Made by a program: the position numbers and the translations under genes. This document shows positions 10,192 to 16,685 of a stretch of 39,016 bases of DNA, one piece after another; the first letter of the stretch is position 1; each line of letters begins with the position of its first letter. This DNA is from Gemmatimonadales bacterium (GTDB lineage Bacteria > Gemmatimonadota > Gemmatimonadetes > Palauibacterales > KS3-K002): contig JASFTI010000003.1 of NCBI GenBank assembly GCA_050053635.1, positions 1-39,016 of the forward strand, written 5' to 3'. Below the pieces are notes generated by a model, which saw only the letters and a program-made list of their open reading frames with translations, ran no database searches and was not told the DNA's origin.

Positions 10192-10623
10192 TTACCAGCC
10201 CTTCTTTCGCATGATGTCGGACAGCTTGTCCTCGATGCGCTTTTCCCTGAGCGACGACCGCTTCGTCGCCGCCTCCTCGATCTTCGCCACCAGCGTTTCG
10301 ATCTCCACCGGCTTCTCCAGAAAGTCCAACGCCCCCAGCTTCATCGCCTCTACGGCCTGGCCCAAGGTCGCGCGACCGGTCAGCAAGATGACCTGGAGGT
10401 CCGGGTTGATCTTGAGAAGCCCTTTCAGGGTCTCGATGCCGTCCATCCCCGGCATCGCCATATCCAGCACGATCGCATCGAACGGTCGCTTACCGGCTCT
10501 CTCCAGCGCCAGCTCGCCGTTGCTCGCCGTGTCCACCGTGAGACCGCGCGCCTCCAACCGCTCGGCCAGGACATCGACGAAATCCTCCTCATCGTCGACG
10601 AGCAGGACGGTGCTCTCGCTCAT
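10192..10623 (-). CDS. Single-domain response regulator
   Basis: VLLVDDE, LDMAMPGMDG, LLTG, FLEKP; no output domain. ATG 10623 overlaps the upstream stop. Confidence 0.9.
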   Translation of the reverse strand: MSESTVLLVDDEEDFVDVLAERLEARGLTVDTASNGELALERAGKRPFDAIVLDMAMPGMDGIETLKGLLKINPDLQVILLTGRATLGQAVEAMKLGALDFLEKPVEIETLVAKIEEAATKRSSLREKRIEDKLSDIMRKKGW

Positions 10624-11000
10624 TCTAACTCCTCCTCGCGGTCGCAGGCGGTGAGCAGGGCCCGCACCAGATCGCTGATCTTCACCGGTTTCATCAGGTA
10701 ATCGTAGGCGCCCAGTGCCTTGCCCTTCTCGGCGTCCTCTTCGGAGCCCCAACCGGTCAGCAGGATTACCTGCAGCCCCGGTTGCTCCGCCTTGATCCTC
10801 CGGATGACCTCCAGCCCGCCTAAGCCCGGCATCTTCAAATCGAGCAGCACCACATCGAACGGCTTCTCCGCGATCGAAGAGAGCGCTTCGGCGCCAGTGG
10901 TCACGCCGCTGGCCTCGAACCCCCGCAGGTTCAGGCGCTCCTCCAGGGCGCTGACCAACTCTGCTTCGTCGTCCACGATCAGAACACGTAACGGTTCCAT
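10620..11000 (-). CDS. Single-domain response regulator
   Basis: VLIVDDE, LDLKMPGLGG, LLTG, YLMKP; 126 aa. Confidence 0.9.
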   Translation of the reverse strand: MEPLRVLIVDDEAELVSALEERLNLRGFEASGVTTGAEALSSIAEKPFDVVLLDLKMPGLGGLEVIRRIKAEQPGLQVILLTGWGSEEDAEKGKALGAYDYLMKPVKISDLVRALLTACDREEELE

Positions 11001-11009
11001 GTGCTGCTC

Positions 11010-12758
11010 CTAGGCGTGCGCCCGCCGTATCGGCAGTGTTACTGTGAAGCAGGTGCCTTCTCCCACCTGGCTCTCCACGCTGATTTGGCCACCCAGTTTC
11101 TGCACGATCCCGTACGTAATGGACAGACCCAGACCTGTCCCCGCACCCTTCTTCGTCGTGAAGAACGGATCGAAGATCTGCCCAAGCTGTTCCTCGGGGA
11201 TGCCAACGCCATCGTCCGCGATGGTAATCGCCACTGCGTCGTCCCCTACCCGTTCTATCCCTATCTCGATCCGCCCACCGTCCTCGACCGCGGCGAACGC
11301 GTTGTTGATGATGTTGAGGAACACCTGCTGCAACTGCCCTCTATCGCTGACGATGGGAGGCGGCGCTTCGGGGTACTTGAATTCGATCTCTATGTCTCGG
11401 TAGCTCGCTTCCTTACCCAAAAACTCCAGAACCTCTTTGAGCAGCACATCGAGGTCGATGGTCTCCCACTGTACCTCCATGTGCCTGGCGAAACCCAGAA
11501 GCCGGTGGGTGATCCCACCGCAGCGCTCAGCCGCATTGATCACCGCATTGACCAGATGGGCCAGCTTCTCCCGCGCCGGTAACTCCTCGGGCAGCGTGAT
11601 CAGGTCCTTCAGCAGCCCCGCATTTTGGGTGATGATCGAGAGCGGATTGTTGATCTCGTGAGCCACACCTGCACCGAGGCGCCCGATAGCGGCCATCTTG
11701 TTCGTGTACTCCATCTTGTGGTAGAGCGCCGCGCGCTTCGCGTCCGCCTCGCGAACACGTCTCACCACGTAGATCGAGCCCCAGACGACCACCGCCAGAA
11801 TCAGCGCGACACTGATCGCCGGGAATATCAACAGGTCGCGGCGCAGTGGTAGCCAACCCGCGTGCAGCGCTACCCGCGGACTCAACACCACCAGCGTGAA
11901 TGGCGAGCGATCGATCTGCGCGTAGCTGACGATCAGCGGCTCTCCCTGCTCGTCCACCAGATCGACAAGCTCCGCCTCGTTGCTGGGCGGCAGAGCGGGC
12001 AACGGTGTGCGCTCCAGCACGTTGCCGTAGAGCCGCGAAGCGCTTTGCAGGACACCCTCGCGGTTAACAATGAACGCGTCGCTGAATGGCTGGACCCCCA
12101 GCGAATGGCAGCGGCGACAAACCGGATCCAGTTCCGGACGTCGCGCCGTACGCGCGCGCACCAGCCAGTGGAACGCGTCGGTGTCGATCGTGGCGCGTAG
12201 GACGTAGCGGTTGCCTTCCGCGTCGACATGCTGGACCGCGACAATGATGTGGGGCAGGTTGCGGTATCCCAGGAACACGTCGCCCACGTAGGAGCCTCGG
12301 GCACTCACTTCTCGGAACCACGAATCGTCCGCGTAGCTGAGCGCTTGCGATTCCGCCGGACCGGCATAAGCAACCTGCGTGCCCTCATCGTCGATCAGGG
12401 CGAGCTCGATCACTCCACCAAAGGTCTGATTCAAGTTAGAGAGCACCGAGGCCAGTCTGCCCGCGTCGCGAAGCTCCTTTAGCGGTCTCTCCCGAGCCAC
12501 GACGGCCAGCGCCGACCGCCGCTCTGACAGGTAGGACTCGATCGACTGCTTCCCAGCCTCGGCGAAGCGCAGCATGGGACGAGTCAGTTCGGCACGGAAC
12601 GCCTCTTCGTACTGGTGGTAGGTGATGCCCGACATGATGAGAAGCGGAACCACGGCAACGGCGGACACCGAGAGCACCGCCACGAGGACCATCTTCCGAT
12701 AGCGCCGCCTCGAGATCAGCTGATCCTGATCCTCCTCCGATCTGCTTCCCCGGCTCAC
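11010..12758 (-). CDS. Membrane sensor histidine kinase with Cache-like periplasmic domain containing a CxxCH motif
   Basis: Two TM segments; H-box GVAHEINNPL, N-box QVFLNIINNA, G1 DDGVG, F-box FDPFFTTK, G2 GTGLGL. CRRCH at 12119-12105 lies between the TMs. Confidence 0.92.
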   Translation of the reverse strand: MSRGSRSEEDQDQLISRRRYRKMVLVAVLSVSAVAVVPLLIMSGITYHQYEEAFRAELTRPMLRFAEAGKQSIESYLSERRSALAVVARERPLKELRDAGRLASVLSNLNQTFGGVIELALIDDEGTQVAYAGPAESQALSYADDSWFREVSARGSYVGDVFLGYRNLPHIIVAVQHVDAEGNRYVLRATIDTDAFHWLVRARTARRPELDPVCRRCHSLGVQPFSDAFIVNREGVLQSASRLYGNVLERTPLPALPPSNEAELVDLVDEQGEPLIVSYAQIDRSPFTLVVLSPRVALHAGWLPLRRDLLIFPAISVALILAVVVWGSIYVVRRVREADAKRAALYHKMEYTNKMAAIGRLGAGVAHEINNPLSIITQNAGLLKDLITLPEELPAREKLAHLVNAVINAAERCGGITHRLLGFARHMEVQWETIDLDVLLKEVLEFLGKEASYRDIEIEFKYPEAPPPIVSDRGQLQQVFLNIINNAFAAVEDGGRIEIGIERVGDDAVAITIADDGVGIPEEQLGQIFDPFFTTKKGAGTGLGLSITYGIVQKLGGQISVESQVGEGTCFTVTLPIRRAHA

Positions 12759-12799
12759 TCTCTCCGCTCGCTCCGCGTTACACCGGCAACCGTCCGTGC

Positions 12800-13726
12800 C
12801 TACTCCATCTTCCGACGCGATCGACCCGCTTCCCTGACAACTTCCATGAGGCGGTTGATGTCGACCGGCTTGCTCAGGTACTCGAACGCTCCCAACCGGC
12901 GAGCCTCCGCCTCGTCAGCCTCCGACCCGTGGCCGGTCATGATTATCACTTCCATCTCGGGATACATCTTCTTCACCTGGCGCAACACCTCCAACCCGTC
13001 GATGCCCGGCATGCGGAGGTCGAGAACCATCACGTCCGGTACTTCGTCCTCGAGCATCTGTAGCGCCTGCTGTCCATCCAGCGCCACCTCGCTGTCGACC
13101 TCGCGCATCTCCATTCTCTCAGCCATGGTCCGCACGAAGTCCTCTTCATCGTCGACGAATAGGACCTTCAGCGTCTGAACGCCGGTGTCGGTTTCCTCGG
13201 CGCCAGGCTCGGCAGCGCTCTCGCTACCTCGGCGAGCTGACTCTTGCATGGCTTCCCTGGCGATTTCCGGTGCGCCCGCCTCGGCGAAGGCGGCCGCGGC
13301 CATGCTCCCCTCAAACTCCTCCTGCGAGTCCTTGATAAACTCGGCGGCGGCCTTCAAGCTCTTTCTCCAGGCGGCCCTCACCGTCTTCAGCAGGTGGCCC
13401 GTATCCGCCGGCTTCTGCAGGTACTCGAATGCACCCAGCCTACGGGCCTCATTTTCCTCTCTGTCCGAGCCGTGCCCGGTGAGGATGATCACCTCTATCT
13501 GGGGGTGCTGCTGCTTGACCCGTTCCAGCACCTCCATCCCATCGATGCCCGGCATGCGGAGGTCGAGAACCATCACGTCGGGTGGCTCGTCCTCGAGCAT
13601 CTGCAGCGCTTCCTCGCCGCTCAACGCCACGCGACTGCCGACATCGCGCATCTCCATGCGTTCGGCTAACGTCTTTACATAGGCTTCTTCGTCATCGACG
13701 AGGAGCACCTTGATCTTGCTCATCAC
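12800..13726 (-). CDS. Tandem REC-REC response regulator
   Basis: Two complete receiver domains (VDDEE, LDLRMPGIDG, TGHGS, KP) joined by a linker containing MAAAAFAEAG. Confidence 0.9.
   Translation of the reverse strand: MMSKIKVLLVDDEEAYVKTLAERMEMRDVGSRVALSGEEALQMLEDEPPDVMVLDLRMPGIDGMEVLERVKQQHPQIEVIILTGHGSDREENEARRLGAFEYLQKPADTGHLLKTVRAAWRKSLKAAAEFIKDSQEEFEGSMAAAAFAEAGAPEIAREAMQESARRGSESAAEPGAEETDTGVQTLKVLFVDDEEDFVRTMAERMEMREVDSEVALDGQQALQMLEDEVPDVMVLDLRMPGIDGLEVLRQVKKMYPEMEVIIMTGHGSEADEAEARRLGAFEYLSKPVDINRLMEVVREAGRSRRKME
12999..13579. repeat. Intragenic direct repeat between the two receiver domains
   Basis: Identical 38-mer tcgatgcccggcatgcggaggtcgagaaccatcacgtc at 12999-13036 and 13542-13579, within longer similar flanks. 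Confidence 0.85.
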
Positions 13727-13750
13727 AGCCTCCCTACTACCTCGCTTGCG

Positions 13751-14401
13751 TCACCCTGAAAGGGTCAGCCGGAAACCCGGCGTCGCTTCGCTCTGCTCGA
13801 GCGAAGCGCCAAGGACCTCGAGGACCGCCGCTAGCCCGCTCCAGCCCGCGGCCTCGGTCGGAACGAATCTTACCGCCTCACCCTCGACCTCACCGGCGAA
13901 CTCGAGCGCCGGTCGATCTCCGTGCCGAATCGGCTGCAGGGTCAACCTGCCCCCCTCGGGCAGTTGCTCCAGACAGCACTCGACGGCTGCGTGCAGAGCC
14001 ATCTGCAGGCGCAGCAAGTTGACCACTACCGTCAGGTTCTCCTCTCCGGGCTGCGCCTCTACGAGGTGCCTCCCCTTTCTGGCAACGCGCTGGCAAAGAA
14101 ACGAGACCTGACGAGCCACATCACTGAGGTCGGTCTCGTCCTCGGCATGATCCAAGCTGTGGGCGAATCGATTGAGGTTCGTGAGGAGCTCCGATCCGCG
14201 CTTGACCTGATCTTCGATGCGGCCGACCGCCCGCATTAGCTTGTCGGCTCTCGATGTCCCAGGCTTGTCGGATGATCTGACCAGGTCTGCGATCAGACCC
14301 GCAGACTCTTTGACGATTGCCAGAACGTTGCGGAGTTCATGGGTGGCGCCGGCGGTTATTTTGCCGATGAACGCCGCTTCTCGATCTTCGCTCGTGCTCA
14401 T
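13751..14401 (-). CDS. Histidine kinase-like protein with intact H-box and degenerate ATPase domain (possible phosphotransferase)
   Basis: GKITAGATHELRNVLA H-box; no recognisable N, G1 or G2 boxes; no sensor domain; 216 aa. Confidence 0.75.
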   Translation of the reverse strand: MSTSEDREAAFIGKITAGATHELRNVLAIVKESAGLIADLVRSSDKPGTSRADKLMRAVGRIEDQVKRGSELLTNLNRFAHSLDHAEDETDLSDVARQVSFLCQRVARKGRHLVEAQPGEENLTVVVNLLRLQMALHAAVECCLEQLPEGGRLTLQPIRHGDRPALEFAGEVEGEAVRFVPTEAAGWSGLAAVLEVLGASLEQSEATPGFRLTLSG

Positions 14402-14562
14402 GACTCCCAGACCACGTGTGGTCCCGCGTGGATGCTGAACGCCCTCAAGCCTATACGAGGCGCATTACAGCTACATGGCCTCGCACGAGAAAAGCGGCCA
14501 CCGGAAGATATCATATCGCTCGATGTTTCTCCAGCGATGACACACTCCACAGATCGCACAGC

Positions 14563-14624
14563 TTGACACCGCCGGCCGCCTACCTTATCTGGCAGCAGGC
14601 CGAATCGTGCCGATTGTCACGATT
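14563..14624 (+). promoter_or_regulatory. Putative promoter with downstream Rex-like palindrome for the tauE operon
   Basis: TTGACA at 14563, then 17 bp, then TATCTG (weak -10). Palindrome AATCGTG-ccgattgt-CACGATT at 14603-14624. Confidence 0.5.
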
Positions 14625-14666
14625 TCGCGTGACGGCCCGAGTGGAGACCGGGTGAGGAGGGAGAAG

Positions 14667-15689
14667 GTGAGCGCCCAGGAACCGGACAGGATTCCGGGAA
14701 AGGACCACCGCCCCATGAGGGCACGGCTTCCTGCTTCGCTCACCCGCGTCGTCGCACTCCTCGGCCTCACCCTGCTCTTCGATCCGACCGTCGTCCAGGC
14801 GAGCGCGGTGACGGCGCCAGCGGTCGCTGACGGCGCGATGGCCTGGTGGGCGTGGCCTCTCATCCTCTTCCTGCTCACGTTCGTCATGGGGATCCTCGCG
14901 GCCCTGGGCGGTGTGGGAGGAGGGGTTTTGTTCGTACCCATCGTGAGCGGTTTCTTCCCCTTTCACATCGACTTCGTGCGTGGCTGCGGACTCCTAGTAG
15001 CACTGAGCGGCGCTCTGGCCGCCGGGCCCGGCTTTTTGAAGATGAACCTGGCCAGCCTGCGCCTGGCGATGCCGGTAGCTTTGATTGCCTCGAGCTGCGC
15101 GATCGTCGGGGCGATGATCGGCCTCGCTCTGCCGACGGATGTCATTCAGACGGCCCTGGGTGCGACCATCCTGGGGATCGTCGTCATCATGATGGCGGCG
15201 AAGAAGTCGGTGTTCCCGGACGTCGAGGAGGCGGACCGCGTCTCTTCGGCCCTGCGGATCTGCGGCGTCTACACCGAGGCCAGCATGGGCCAGGCGATCA
15301 ATTGGCAGGTGCACCGAACGGTGCCCGGCCTGCTGTTGTTCGTTGTCATAGGCGTAATGGCGGGGATGTTCGGGCTGGGCGCGGGCTGGGCCAATGTTCC
15401 CGTTCTGAACCTGGTGATGGGTGCGCCGCTCAAGGTCAGTGTGGCGACCAGCAAGTTTCTCCTATCGATCACGGACACCTCGGCGGCCTGGATCTACGTC
15501 AACCGCGGCGCGGTGATCCCAATGATGGTCGTTCCGTCGCTGGTCGGTATCATGCTGGGATCGTTTATCGGGGTACGTATCCTGCGGATCGCGAGGCCGG
15601 GATTCGTCCGTTGGATCGTGATCGCCTTGCTGCTCTTCGCCGGGGCCAAGGCCATTACCAAGGGACTGGGCCTTCCGTTTATCGTGTAG
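14667..15689 (+). CDS. TauE/SafE (TSUP) family sulfite/sulfur-compound transporter
   Basis: Two GxGGG-type repeats (LGGVGGGVLFVP, MFGLGAGWANVP) and VATSKF. Start uncertain: GTG 14667 has a strong GAGGAGG RBS; 14607 and 14715 are alternatives. Confidence 0.85.
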   Translation: MSAQEPDRIPGKDHRPMRARLPASLTRVVALLGLTLLFDPTVVQASAVTAPAVADGAMAWWAWPLILFLLTFVMGILAALGGVGGGVLFVPIVSGFFPFHIDFVRGCGLLVALSGALAAGPGFLKMNLASLRLAMPVALIASSCAIVGAMIGLALPTDVIQTALGATILGIVVIMMAAKKSVFPDVEEADRVSSALRICGVYTEASMGQAINWQVHRTVPGLLLFVVIGVMAGMFGLGAGWANVPVLNLVMGAPLKVSVATSKFLLSITDTSAAWIYVNRGAVIPMMVVPSLVGIMLGSFIGVRILRIARPGFVRWIVIALLLFAGAKAITKGLGLPFIV

Positions 15690-15710
15690 TGAGCGAGGGG
15701 AAACACGGAG

Positions 15711-16157
15711 ATGAATGGCGAAATAGACTGCCCGAGTGCCGACGAGGAACAGCTGCTTTATGCCAAGATCCTCCAGACCGGCATGTACATCGGGTTGGCG
15801 ATCCTACTCGCGACCTTCGCCCTCTATAGTTCTGGCATCGTCGCGCCAGCCATACCCGTCGAACAACTTCCCGAGTACTGGGCGATGAACGTCCACGAGT
15901 ACCTGGAGGTAACGAACCAAAACCACCTGCACCACGAGCACCCGATATCCGGATGGTCCTGGCTATCGGTTCTTGAAAAGGGAGACTATCTTAATTTCCT
16001 CGGGATTGCCGTGCTTGCCGCAGTGACCATCTTCTGTTTCCTCGGAATCGTCCCCACGCTGATCAGGAAGAAGGACACACCCTATATGGTCATGGCGCTG
16101 CTGGAGGCCGCAATCTTGACACTGGCCGCGAGCGGCATCTTGAGTGTGGGGCATTGA
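15711..16157 (+). CDS. DUF1634-like small membrane protein (TSUP partner)
   Basis: Three TM segments and GDYLNFLGIAVLA; immediately follows the TSUP gene. Confidence 0.65.
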   Translation: MNGEIDCPSADEEQLLYAKILQTGMYIGLAILLATFALYSSGIVAPAIPVEQLPEYWAMNVHEYLEVTNQNHLHHEHPISGWSWLSVLEKGDYLNFLGIAVLAAVTIFCFLGIVPTLIRKKDTPYMVMALLEAAILTLAASGILSVGH

Positions 16158-16187
16158 ACCGAGACAATCGAATGGACCCAGGAGGAT

Positions 16188-16685
16188 ATGACTAGCGAGC
16201 CCTCGGACACGCTGCGCTTCCTTCCGGTAGGACTCGACGTCCGGGATAAGAGCTGCCTCGTCGTCGGCGGAGGTAGCGTTGGGACTCGCAAAGCCACCAC
16301 CCTGGCGCGTGCCGGCGCGGCCGTGACCGTCGTATCACCCGCGGTGACAGACGAGCTAGCCGAGCTGATCGGTGCCGGCCGCGTCCGCTGGGTGCAGGAC
16401 TCGTTCCGCGAGGAGCACCTGGGTAGCGCATTCCTCGCCGTTGCCGCCACCGATAGCGACGACCGCAACGCGGCGGTCGTCCGGGCAGCGCTCGCGACCG
16501 GCGCCCTGGCGTGCGATGCCTCAGCGGCGGAGCGATCCCAGCTGATCTTCGGTGCCCTGCTGGAAGATGACGACGTTACGATCGCTGTCTTCACTGGCGG
16601 CCGCGATCCAGCGTTGGCGCGGCAGGCACGCGACCGGATCGCCGATCTCATCGGCCGAGAACGGGGACCCAAAGACCGAGCATGA
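16188..16685 (+). CDS. Precorrin-2 dehydrogenase/SirC-Met8-like protein (CysG N-terminal type), short
   Basis: CLVVGGGSVGTRK NAD-binding motif, VTVVSP, AVAATD and IAVFTGGRDPALAR; 165 aa, lacking the C-terminal helical region. Confidence 0.8.
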   Translation: MTSEPSDTLRFLPVGLDVRDKSCLVVGGGSVGTRKATTLARAGAAVTVVSPAVTDELAELIGAGRVRWVQDSFREEHLGSAFLAVAATDSDDRNAAVVRAALATGALACDASAAERSQLIFGALLEDDDVTIAVFTGGRDPALARQARDRIADLIGRERGPKDRA

